Assembly (NCBI GenBank): GCA_963798915.1
Contig: CAWCVB010000006.1
Coordinates: 192,001-256,000, forward strand
Reading direction: 5' to 3'
Length of the DNA: 64,000 nt
From: an uncultured Gemmatimonadales bacterium
GTDB lineage: Bacteria; Gemmatimonadota; Gemmatimonadetes; Gemmatimonadales; GWC2-71-9
A program made the translations under genes and the position numbers. Below are positions 26,776 to 38,189 of this stretch, in pieces (within the stretch, counting starts at the first letter, position 1; each line of letters opens with the position of its first letter). The notes beneath the pieces were generated by a model. That model had not been told where the DNA came from. It ran no database searches and saw only the letters and a list, made by a program, of their open reading frames with translations.

Positions 26776-28112
26776 CCAGCGATCGCCAGCTCGTCCAGGC
26801 ACTTTGTGAGGCGGCACAAGAGTTTCGTGGCGAGCCCGCGGACTTTGATCCGATCATCGCGCGCGCCCGCGACGCCCAGTTCGTCCTTCTTGGCGAAGCC
26901 TCGCATGGCACCCACGAGTTCTATCATATCCGCGCGCAGCTCACCAAGCGTCTGATCACCGAAGCGGGCTTCACTTCAGTCGCCGTTGAAGCCGACTGGC
27001 CGGATGCCTACCGGGTTAACCGGTACGTCCAGGACGACTCAGCCGACGCGGACGCGGTCGAGGCGCTGGAGGACTTCCGGCGGTTTCCCCAGTGGATGTG
27101 GCGCAATGCCGACGTGCTCGACTTCGTGGGCTGGCTCAGGCAGCACAATGCCGCGCCATCCGACACAGAACGGGTCGGCTTCTACGGCCTCGACCTCTAC
27201 AGCCTGCATGGCTCGATCGGGAAAGTCCTGGAATATCTGGACCAGGTCGACCCGGACGGCGCCCGGCGCGCACGCGCCCGCTATTCGTGCTTCGATCATT
27301 TTGGCGCCGACCCGCAGGCATACGGATACGCCGCCAGCCTGGGCCTGACCCGTTCATGCGAGGACGCTGCGGTCGACCAGCTGGTCGAACTCCGGCGCGC
27401 CGCGGCCCTGCATGCCCGCCGTGACGGCCGGCAAGCGGCTGACGCGCAGTTCTTTGCCGAGCAGAACGCCCGGATCGTGACCAGCGCCGAGCAGTACTAC
27501 CGGGCCATGTTCGGCGGCCGGGTCGAATCCTGGAATCTCCGTGACCGACATATGGTGGACACGCTGGGCGCGCTCGTCACTCACCGGGAAGCGAGCCTCG
27601 GCCGGCCCGAGAAGGTGGTGGTGTGGGCCCACAATTCCCACCTCGGTGACGCGAGGGCCACCGAGCTCGGCGCGGCCGGTGAGTGGAACGTCGGCCAGCT
27701 GGTGCGGGAACAGCATGGGGCGAGCGCGCTGCTGGTCGGCTTCCTGACCCACACCGGCACGGTCACGGCTGCATCCAACTGGGACGCGCCTGCCGAGCGG
27801 AAGACTGTCCGGCCGTCACTGCCGGGCAGCTACGAGGCACTCTGCCACGAGACCGGGAAGGCGGGCTTCCTGCTCGACCTGCAGGCCCGCAACGAGGCTG
27901 TGATCGCGCTGGGTGCGGCGCGCCTGGAGCGCGCCATCGGGGTGATCTACCGGCCGGAGACCGAGCGAGCCAGCCACTATTTTCGCGCGGTCTTGCCCCG
28001 GCAGTTCGACGTGGTGCTGTACTACGACGAAACCCGTGCGGTCGAACCGCTCGAGCGAACCGGTGCCTGGGATGAAGCCGAGGCACCCGAGACGTACCCG
28101 ACCGCGCTGTAG
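26772..28112 (+). CDS. Erythromycin esterase-family (EreA/ChaN-like) protein
   Basis: Motifs LLGEASHGTHEFY, EADWPD, WMWRN, GLDLYS, WNLRD, WAHNSH; GTG overlaps the PRT stop. Confidence 0.92.
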   Translation: MTSDRQLVQALCEAAQEFRGEPADFDPIIARARDAQFVLLGEASHGTHEFYHIRAQLTKRLITEAGFTSVAVEADWPDAYRVNRYVQDDSADADAVEALEDFRRFPQWMWRNADVLDFVGWLRQHNAAPSDTERVGFYGLDLYSLHGSIGKVLEYLDQVDPDGARRARARYSCFDHFGADPQAYGYAASLGLTRSCEDAAVDQLVELRRAAALHARRDGRQAADAQFFAEQNARIVTSAEQYYRAMFGGRVESWNLRDRHMVDTLGALVTHREASLGRPEKVVVWAHNSHLGDARATELGAAGEWNVGQLVREQHGASALLVGFLTHTGTVTAASNWDAPAERKTVRPSLPGSYEALCHETGKAGFLLDLQARNEAVIALGAARLERAIGVIYRPETERASHYFRAVLPRQFDVVLYYDETRAVEPLERTGAWDEAEAPETYPTAL

Positions 28113-28147
28113 CTGCGAGTTATTGGACGGAAAGGAGTATGTAACCG

Positions 28148-28831
28148 ATGGGACAGACTGCCCATGGGGTGCGAGAACGGGCCGTCGAAATCCATATCCA
28201 TGGCGCCCTCCTGAACGGGGACCTCAACCTGCCAGACAATCCGCGAGGCGCGGTGCTCTTTGCGCATGGCAGTGGTAGCAGCCGCTTCAGTACCAGGAAC
28301 CGCGCCGTCGCCCAGGACCTGAACGACGCCGGCTTCGCCACATTGCTGCTCGACCTGCTCTCGGCGCAGGAAGAAGCGGTGGACCAGATGACCGGTGAAC
28401 TGCGATTCGACATCCCGTTCCTTGGTGCGCGGCTCACGACGGCAGCCGACTGGCTGGCCGGCGACGCAGACACGTCCCGGCTGCCGATCGGTGTCTTCGG
28501 CGCCAGCACCGGCGCCGCCGCGGCCCTCATCGCGGCGGTCGAGCGCCCTGCTTTGGTCCGCGCCGTGGTGGCGCGCGGAGGGCGGCCGGACCTTGCCGGG
28601 CCGGCGCTTGGGCGGGTTCAGGCGCCAACGCTGCTGATCGTGGGCGGCGCGGACCACACGGTGCTTCAGCTGAACCGGGCCGCATTCGACGCGCTGAAAT
28701 GCGAGAAGCGGCTCGAGGTCATTCCCGGTGCGACTCATCTTTTTCCCGAGTCGGGTGCGCTGGAGGAGGTCGCCAGGCTGGCAGTGACGTGGATGCAGCG
28801 GTATGTGGAGGTGAGCCGGAGCAAGCCGTAG
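28148..28831 (+). CDS. Alpha/beta hydrolase (dienelactone hydrolase-like)
   Basis: Motifs FAHGSGSSR, nucleophile elbow GASTG, GGRPDLA, VGGAD, GATHLF. Confidence 0.9.
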   Translation: MGQTAHGVRERAVEIHIHGALLNGDLNLPDNPRGAVLFAHGSGSSRFSTRNRAVAQDLNDAGFATLLLDLLSAQEEAVDQMTGELRFDIPFLGARLTTAADWLAGDADTSRLPIGVFGASTGAAAALIAAVERPALVRAVVARGGRPDLAGPALGRVQAPTLLIVGGADHTVLQLNRAAFDALKCEKRLEVIPGATHLFPESGALEEVARLAVTWMQRYVEVSRSKP

Positions 28832-28960
28832 GCTGAGCGGCTCGCATTTGATATCATTGCGAGCATTGCGTCGCGATGCGTAGCAAGCGCGCAGCCGATG
28901 CCGACCATGGCCGGAACGACGCACCCCGCTCTCCCCGCCTTCCCCGTCTCGCCCGTCCGG

Positions 28961-29423
28961 TCAGACCCGTCGCCCGACGAAGAAATGCTTCAACACCTCG
29001 CCGCATTCTTCGGCCATCAGCCCGCCAATCACCTCGGGACGATGGTTGAGGCGCGGATGCCGCAAGAGGTCGTACACCGACCCGGCCATGCCGGCGCGCG
29101 GATCCCAGGCGCCGAAGACCACCCGTTCCAGTTTCGACAGAATCACGGCGCCAGCACACTGGGCGCACGGCTCCATCGTGATGTAGAGCGTGACGCCCGG
29201 CAGCCGGACGTCCTCTCCCGATGCGAGGGCACGCTGGATGGCCAGCAGTTCGGCATGGGCCGTGGGATCATTCCGGTGGATGGTCTCATTGTGCGCCTCG
29301 GCGACGATTTCGCCGTCGCGCATGATCACCGCGCCCACTGGGATCTCATCCCGCACCGCCGCCGCACGGGCCAACCGCAGCGCCGCCGTCATGCCGGTCA
29401 GGTCCGAGGGCGACGGAGTCCCC

Positions 29424-29431
<8 letters not shown>
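28961..29431 (-). CDS. tadA: tRNA adenosine(34) deaminase
   Basis: Motifs EIPVGAV, DPTAHAE, EPCAQC, LNHRP; start GTG 29431 or ATG 29392. Confidence 0.93.
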
Positions 29432-32048
<2,617 letters not shown>

Positions 32049-32160
32049 GTCTGCTCCATCGCTTCGCCCCGGCCGGCTCACGTGTGGCTGAGTCCGGAAA
32101 GTGAAACCCCGCTCGCCACGGGGCAAGGCGCATACCCGACGAATCTGCCGGATTGGCAGC

Positions 32161-32195
32161 CAAGACAAAGGCCGCCCACCGGGGGCGGCCCTTGT
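32161..32195 (-). terminator. Intrinsic terminator after the 32197-32637 gene
   Basis: Minus strand reads AAGGGCCGCCC-CCGGT-GGGCGGCCTTTGTCTT. Confidence 0.7.
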
Positions 32196-32196
32196 G

Positions 32197-32637
32197 CTAC
32201 CGTTCGCTGGTCACGCGACGGGCGGCGATCATGCTGCGCACGTAGCGCGTGCCGTCCACCGTAAGCCCGTACCAGAAGACCCCGGGCGTTACCTCTCGCT
32301 TGCCATCACCAAACCGGCCGTTCCAGAAGGCTTCATGCGCACCGCATGCCATGCGCACCCGGTCCAGCGGGACCGCGGTATCGCCCACCAGGGTGGCAAT
32401 GGCAACCTCCTGAGCCAGGACGTTGTAGATCTTCACGGTGACGACGGGCCGATGTCCAGCCTTGCACATCGCTTCGTGGATCACGAAGGGTATGGTCGTG
32501 GACGGGTAGAACGGGTTGGGGTAGTTCTCCCTGAGCTCGACGCCCGGAAGGGGATCCCGGCCCTGCTGCGCTGCAGCCGGAGATACCATCCCGAGGAGCA
32601 GCCCAAGCCACCACCCCGGCCACGCAAAGCGGACCAT
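32197..32637 (-). CDS. Secreted single-domain protein, FlgD-Ig / T9SS-type-A-CTD-like
   Basis: Signal peptide (…PAAAQ) then [38 protein letters not shown]. Confidence 0.7.
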   Translation of the reverse strand: MVRFAWPGWWLGLLLGMVSPAAAQQGRDPLPGVELRENYPNPFYPSTTIPFVIHEAMCKAGHRPVVTVKIYNVLAQEVAIATLVGDTAVPLDRVRMACGAHEAFWNGRFGDGKREVTPGVFWYGLTVDGTRYVRSMIAARRVTSER

Positions 32638-32737
32638 TGTCTTCCTCTCTGACTGGGTGTGAGGCCTGGCGGCACCTCCGGAATGCGGTTGAACTGAGTT
32701 GTCCCGGCTTGAAGATGCTGGACGCCGGGAACGCCTG

Positions 32738-34609
32738 TCAAGCTGGCTTTGCATCACGAGCAGCGTCTCCGCGGGACCCAGCGCGACGGAGATGACGCAG
32801 GTCCCCGTGGCGGTCAGTAACTCCCGCGCGATCGGCCCACTCCAGGAGTGGAATCAGGAACTTCCGCGACAGACCGGTCTTCTCCCGGACGGCGCCCACA
32901 CTGATCGGACCGGTTGCACCCAGGTCTCGCAAGGCGTCCGAAAACCGGGCAAGCGCAACGGGCACACAGAACCGGTCCGGCGCCACAGCCACCACCAGCC
33001 CCAAACGCGACGCGACGCGAAGTGCCTCGAGCACCTCTGGCAGCGGGCGCCCAATTCGCTGCGCCAGCTCGTCAGGCATCGCGGGCGCCAGGCCGCCTTC
33101 CTTCAGGACCGCGATGAGAGCAGCAATGGCCTCCATGGCCGCGGGCAGAGCTGGCTCAAACCCGGCGAGGTGCGCCAGACCGGACATGATCTGGACCTCC
33201 CCGCTCGTCACGAGGCTTTGGAGCGCCGCCTCCACCAGAATCGACTGGCCAGGCGCGCCGTGGCGCAAGGTTGCCAAGGAGATGCCTGGCGTGTCCGGCC
33301 GGTCGCGATGCCAATCGGCCAGCCGCGACCTGAGCCCGGAAGCGCACGTCTCAACGGCATGGCGGCTGCAGAGCGATCCGCCGAATCCAATCAGGCGCTC
33401 GTCTCCGGCCAACTGGTGCGCAAGGCGGGCAGGAGGCAACCCGGTCAGGACAGGAAGATCATTGCGGTCAATGACGCCGCGGCGCCGGAGCAGGAGCGCG
33501 TGGAGGAAATCCGGATCCATCCGACTGGGCTTCAGGCTCCCCCTCTGGCGGCCGGGAAACGGATCGAGGACCTGGCCGCCACCCAGCGTCTCGGATGGAC
33601 TCAGGCGTCGGAGCACAAAGCGGTCGCCGCCCCGAGCGACAACGGGTCGGTCCAGCGTGAGATGCGCGGTCATCGCAGCCGACGCCGGCGCAAGGTCCTT
33701 TCGCATCGAGAGCCAGCCCGGCACCGCCGCGGTGGCGTGCAGCAGGAGCACACGAAGCCGCCTGGCGGGCGCGGGACAGGTGAGCTGGACCAGCACGTCG
33801 AGCTGGCGGGAGCTGCGCCAACCGGCCCCAGGTTCGACCACAACCGAGCCGCGCGCGATCTCTGCCGGCCGGATACCTCGCAGGGCGAGCGCCGTGCGCC
33901 GGCCCGGAGTCGTGCGGGCCTGGCGGGCGCCGAATTCCTCGATGGAACGCACGACGCCCGTCATGCCTTGAGGCAGGACCACCACGTCATCACCCTCGGC
34001 GATCGTTCCCGTCCAGCTGCTTCCGGTGACGACGGTCCCCACGCCTGGGGCGCTGAATACCCTGTCGATTGGCAACCGGAAAAGATCCTGCCGGGACTCA
34101 TCCGAGGCGCCGGCCGGAAGACTCGCCAGGGCCTGGCGCAATGCATCCAGGCCCTGGCGGCGCACGACGGAGGTACGTACCGGTGCTCCAAAGCAGACGG
34201 CGGATGCGGCGAGGCGGCGGACAATTTCTGCACTGACGCGCGTGCTGTCCGCAGCCGAGACGCGATCCATCTTGCTCACCGCCACGACGCCGTGACGCAC
34301 GCCGAGCTGCTCAAGAATGAGGAGATGTTCCTCGGTCTGCGGCATGATGCCTTCATCCGCCGCAACGACCAGGAGCGCGGCGCTCGAACCGCTCACGCCC
34401 GCGGCCATCGTCCGGACCAGGTCCTCATGCCCGGGCACGTCCACCAACCCGATGACCCGTCCGTCGGGAAGCGTCAATGGCGCAAAGCCCAGCGAGATGG
34501 TAAGCCCTCGACGCTGCTCCTCGGCCAGACGATCGACCGCGCTGCCGGTGAGTGCCTCAACCAGCGACGACTTACCGTGGTCAACGTGACCAGCGGTGGC
34601 GACGATCAA
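32738..34609 (-). CDS. selB: Selenocysteine-specific translation elongation factor
   Basis: Motifs ATAGHVDHGKS, DVPGHE, PQTEEH, RLPIDRVF and C-terminal winged-helix SRKFLIPLLE; TTG start overlaps the recO stop. Confidence 0.92.
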   Translation of the reverse strand: MIVATAGHVDHGKSSLVEALTGSAVDRLAEEQRRGLTISLGFAPLTLPDGRVIGLVDVPGHEDLVRTMAAGVSGSSAALLVVAADEGIMPQTEEHLLILEQLGVRHGVVAVSKMDRVSAADSTRVSAEIVRRLAASAVCFGAPVRTSVVRRQGLDALRQALASLPAGASDESRQDLFRLPIDRVFSAPGVGTVVTGSSWTGTIAEGDDVVVLPQGMTGVVRSIEEFGARQARTTPGRRTALALRGIRPAEIARGSVVVEPGAGWRSSRQLDVLVQLTCPAPARRLRVLLLHATAAVPGWLSMRKDLAPASAAMTAHLTLDRPVVARGGDRFVLRRLSPSETLGGGQVLDPFPGRQRGSLKPSRMDPDFLHALLLRRRGVIDRNDLPVLTGLPPARLAHQLAGDERLIGFGGSLCSRHAVETCASGLRSRLADWHRDRPDTPGISLATLRHGAPGQSILVEAALQSLVTSGEVQIMSGLAHLAGFEPALPAAMEAIAALIAVLKEGGLAPAMPDELAQRIGRPLPEVLEALRVASRLGLVVAVAPDRFCVPVALARFSDALRDLGATGPISVGAVREKTGLSRKFLIPLLEWADRAGVTDRHGDLRHLRRAGSRGDAARDAKPA

Positions 34610-35364
34610 CCCGGCCCCCGCGAGAGGCCTTCCCAGAAAGCAAGCGCGGGGAGCTCGGCACCGTCGCCGAGGTGGTACGTGATGAACCGCGAAAGGAGAC
34701 GCCGGTGTGCGGCCGCGTTGGGACCGTCCAGACTGGGGAGCGGCCTGTGTGCATCCACGAGTGACTCGAGCGCGGCCCGTGCATCCGGAGGCAGCCGGGA
34801 GGCCGTGAATCGGGTGGCGCACGCAGTGCACAGCGCCCCGCCCTCGTGAGTGCTGAAGACAAGCTCGCCCGCGGGTGGCACCAGAATGCCATCGTGGACG
34901 CAAGCGCGGAGTGAGGGTGAGAATCCGAGCGACGACACCAGGAGCCAGACCAGCCGGAGACCGAGCGCCTCGACTTCGTCGACCGGCGCTTCCTCCAGAA
35001 CGCCCAGTGCACTCACCAGGAGGTCGAAGATGGCCGGATCAGCGTCCGGCGGCGCAAACCGCAGCATCACTTCCGCCAGGACGTTCGCAGCAGCATACCG
35101 AGACAGGTCGCCCGCGAGGCCAAGATGCACGCGACCGACATCGAATGCGGTCAGCAACTGCAGCTCGCGCCGCTGAAGAATGATGAGATGCGCCGTCCCC
35201 TCGCTCAGCACCTGCAGGGCTGCCCCGAACCGGCTCCGCGGGCGCAGGGCGCCCTTGGCAATGGCGCTCTGCACACCGTGTTCGCGGGTCGCGAGGCGCA
35301 CGATCTTGGAGCTCTCGCTATAGCGGATGGTGGAAAGGATGACAGCGGGCGTGATGACGAGCAT
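34606..35364 (-). CDS. recO: DNA repair protein RecO
   Basis: Motifs YSESSKIV, AKGALRPRSRFG, GFSPSLRACVHD...GGALCTAC. Confidence 0.93.
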   Translation of the reverse strand: MLVITPAVILSTIRYSESSKIVRLATREHGVQSAIAKGALRPRSRFGAALQVLSEGTAHLIILQRRELQLLTAFDVGRVHLGLAGDLSRYAAANVLAEVMLRFAPPDADPAIFDLLVSALGVLEEAPVDEVEALGLRLVWLLVSSLGFSPSLRACVHDGILVPPAGELVFSTHEGGALCTACATRFTASRLPPDARAALESLVDAHRPLPSLDGPNAAAHRRLLSRFITYHLGDGAELPALAFWEGLSRGPG

Positions 35365-35397
35365 GCCCGCAAGTTAAGCCGTCCCCTGCCCGGCCCT

Positions 35398-37374
35398 CTA
35401 CCACTCGAGGCGTGCACCAGCCTTGAGGGTCCTGCTGCGTCCCGGAAAACCGGTGACGGCCTCGTAGTCCGTGTCGAACAGGTTCTCGGCCCGGGCGAGA
35501 ACCGTGAGCCCGGGTCGGCCCCGCCGCGCGGACATGAGGTCGGCCGAGCATGACAGATTGGCCACCGAATAGCCGGGCAACGTTACGCGACCAGCAGGAA
35601 AGGTTCCGAAGTCAAGATCATCCCGGCTCCCGGTGTAGCGGACTTCCGCGGCGAGGTGGACGCCGCTCGCCGGCGAGGCATCCCCGAACCACCGGAGCAC
35701 ATGGCTCGGACGGCGCAGCAATCGCCGATCATTGGCAAAGCCGGGCGACGTACTTGCGCCTGCGTCAGTCACCCGTGTCTGCAGCCACGTCCAGGACGCG
35801 CCCATCGAGGCTCGGCGGCCCAGGGGAACGCTCACCGAGGCCTCGATACCGCGCGCAAGCGCCGCGCCCAGGTTTTCATAGGTCGGCTCCCCGGGCGCCG
35901 CACCCACGTACTGGATCAAGTTGCGAAACCGCTGATCATACCAGGTCACGCCCGAGCGAACGCCGCGCGCAAACTCGTGCTCCAGCCCGATTTCCCAACT
36001 GCGCGACCGTTCCGGCTCCAAGGCCCGGTTGCCGACTTCGAAAGGCGAATTGGCAAAATTTTCTGCGAAGGTCGGCGCCTTGAATCCGGTTCCTGCAGCA
36101 CCGCGCAGACTGAACCCAGCGGGGAGTGCCAGCCGTGCGCCGGCCCGCCAGGTGGCATAGGTACCGAAGGCCTCGTCATCATCGAGGCGCGCGCCCGACG
36201 TAACCACGAGACCAGCGAGCGGTGCGGCCCGGGCCTCGACGTATAGCGCCGCATCATTTCTCGCATGGTCGAACGGGACCTCAGGCTCGGTCGTCGGACC
36301 TCCCCCGAAATTGGAGGTGTACGAGGCGGCGGTCTTCACCAGTTGCCGCTCGAACTGCATTCCCAGCGAGACCAGCGCGTCCTGCCGCGGCCGGAAGAGA
36401 ATGCGCCCGTCGAGACTCCAGCGACCAGAGGTCCCGTGCCGATCCGACGCAAAGGCGAATCCGGTAGTGTCGCCCGGCCCGTCGGACGCGTCTTCGAACG
36501 AGCGGTCATTGTGATCGAAGGCGCCCGCCAGGCGCACTTCCAGCGTACGGTTGAGCTGACGTCCGCCGTCCATCCCCAGCACCAGCGAGTGGCCGCGGGA
36601 GAACTGGTTGCTGTCGGCAGGGATGCCGGCGCCATCGGTGGGAAAGTGGAATTCATTCCAGCCGTATCGAACGCTGGCGGCCAGGTCGGTGCGCGAGTCC
36701 GGTCGCACCACGGCGCGCGCGGTACCCGCCGCATTGCTGAAATCGCTGTTGAAGTCGTAGGTGCCGTCCGAGAGGGAACGCGAGCCGCCGACCGACCATG
36801 CCAGCGCTCCGGTGGCTCCCGATGCCTGCGCACGGCCGGCGACGCTGCCGTAGTTGCCCGCCTCCACCTCCAGGTCGCCGGTCGGCGACCCCCGCCCCTG
36901 CCTGGTCACGATGCGCACCACCCCGGTCATCGCATCGGATCCGTACGTTACGCTGGCCGGGCCCCGCATGATCTCGATCCGGTCCACATCGTCAAGCGTG
37001 AGCGTCGCAAAGTCGTACGCGCCGCCGGGCTCGTTCACCGGCACCCCATCAACGAGCACTTTCACATAGTCGCTCTCCCCACCGCGGGCAAAGAGCGACG
37101 TCACCGCGCCAAAGGACCCAGCTTCGACGACTGAGAGGCCCGGAACCTCGCGCAGGGCGTCCTTCACCAGCGTCACACCGCGGGCTCGAAGTTCCTGGCC
37201 GGAGAGGACGGTCACCGCCGACGTCACGGCGGTGGCCGAGAGCGGGACCCTGCCCTCGGACACGACGATGTCAGGCAGTTCCACTGCGGCGGTGTCCTGC
37301 TGGGCTGGCAGCCAGCGGGGCCACAGCAGAGTCCAGGCAATGAAGGCGACGGCGGTACCGAAGGACATTGTCAT
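35398..37374 (-). CDS. btuB: TonB-dependent receptor, likely cobalamin (BtuB-like)
   Basis: Signal peptide, plug motifs VLVDGVP and RIEIMRGPAS..YG, ENLFD, C-terminal aromatic residue; last gene of a riboswitch-controlled operon. Confidence 0.8.
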   Translation of the reverse strand: MTMSFGTAVAFIAWTLLWPRWLPAQQDTAAVELPDIVVSEGRVPLSATAVTSAVTVLSGQELRARGVTLVKDALREVPGLSVVEAGSFGAVTSLFARGGESDYVKVLVDGVPVNEPGGAYDFATLTLDDVDRIEIMRGPASVTYGSDAMTGVVRIVTRQGRGSPTGDLEVEAGNYGSVAGRAQASGATGALAWSVGGSRSLSDGTYDFNSDFSNAAGTARAVVRPDSRTDLAASVRYGWNEFHFPTDGAGIPADSNQFSRGHSLVLGMDGGRQLNRTLEVRLAGAFDHNDRSFEDASDGPGDTTGFAFASDRHGTSGRWSLDGRILFRPRQDALVSLGMQFERQLVKTAASYTSNFGGGPTTEPEVPFDHARNDAALYVEARAAPLAGLVVTSGARLDDDEAFGTYATWRAGARLALPAGFSLRGAAGTGFKAPTFAENFANSPFEVGNRALEPERSRSWEIGLEHEFARGVRSGVTWYDQRFRNLIQYVGAAPGEPTYENLGAALARGIEASVSVPLGRRASMGASWTWLQTRVTDAGASTSPGFANDRRLLRRPSHVLRWFGDASPASGVHLAAEVRYTGSRDDLDFGTFPAGRVTLPGYSVANLSCSADLMSARRGRPGLTVLARAENLFDTDYEAVTGFPGRSRTLKAGARLEW

Positions 37375-38189
37375 GATTCGCTCGAGATGGGACTGGCAAC
37401 GCCGGATTCCGCCTCGGAACGTCGAAGCGGGACAATCTGGGGGGAGCCATCGCGCCACCGCGTCACCGCGACGGGCCAGGCGAAGACCTCGGACACGACC
37501 TCCTGTGTGAGCACCACCGATGGCGGCCCTGCGACGACCGGCCGGCCACGATCGAGCAGGAGGACTTGATCTGCGAAGCGCGCCGCGAGGTTGAGTCCGT
37601 GGGTGATCACCAACGCCGCCAGTCCATCCTCGGCCAGGCTCGCCACAAGTTCAAAGAGTTCCATCTCGTGGCGCACATCGAGGGATGTGGTCGGCTCATC
37701 CAGCAGCAGCGCCTCCGGCTCCTGGGCGAGCGCACGAGCAACGCGCACACGCTGCCATTCGCCGCCCGAGAGCTGATCTACGCGACGCGAGGCCAGTGAC
37801 CGGACGTCGCATCGCTCCAGCGCCCAATCCACGGCCGCGTGGTCCATGGGGCGCTCCGCGCCCAGCGGACCCAGTCGCGCATATCGCCCCAGCATGACCG
37901 ACTCCCGCACGCTGAGCGGGAAGGCTGAATCTTCACGCTGCGACACGACGCCGATGATGGTGGCCAGACGGGCGCGAGGCCACTCAGCCAGCGCCTTTCC
38001 CTTCACCTGCACCTGTCCGCCATCCAACGGTAGCAAGCCGACGAGTGCGCGAAGCAGCGAGGATTTGCCGCTGCCGTTCGGGCCGGCCACCGCGACCAGC
38101 CGACCTGCGGTCACGTCAATCGATACGCCGTCCACGGCCGGCTGCTGCGCGCCTGGATAGCGCACGACGAGTTCGCGTGCCTCGATCAT
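37371..38189 (-). CDS. btuD: ABC transporter ATPase (cobalamin/iron-chelate family)
   Basis: Motifs GPNGSGKS, LSGGE, LLLDEPT; operon context. Confidence 0.8.
   Translation of the reverse strand: MIEARELVVRYPGAQQPAVDGVSIDVTAGRLVAVAGPNGSGKSSLLRALVGLLPLDGGQVQVKGKALAEWPRARLATIIGVVSQREDSAFPLSVRESVMLGRYARLGPLGAERPMDHAAVDWALERCDVRSLASRRVDQLSGGEWQRVRVARALAQEPEALLLDEPTTSLDVRHEMELFELVASLAEDGLAALVITHGLNLAARFADQVLLLDRGRPVVAGPPSVVLTQEVVSEVFAWPVAVTRWRDGSPQIVPLRRSEAESGVASPISSES

Noticed and set aside
26772..28112. Calling the esterase an antibiotic-resistance gene (ereA/ereB)
   Set aside because: Family motifs only; the PRT/hydrolase context matches the widespread uncharacterised subgroup rather than mobile resistance cassettes
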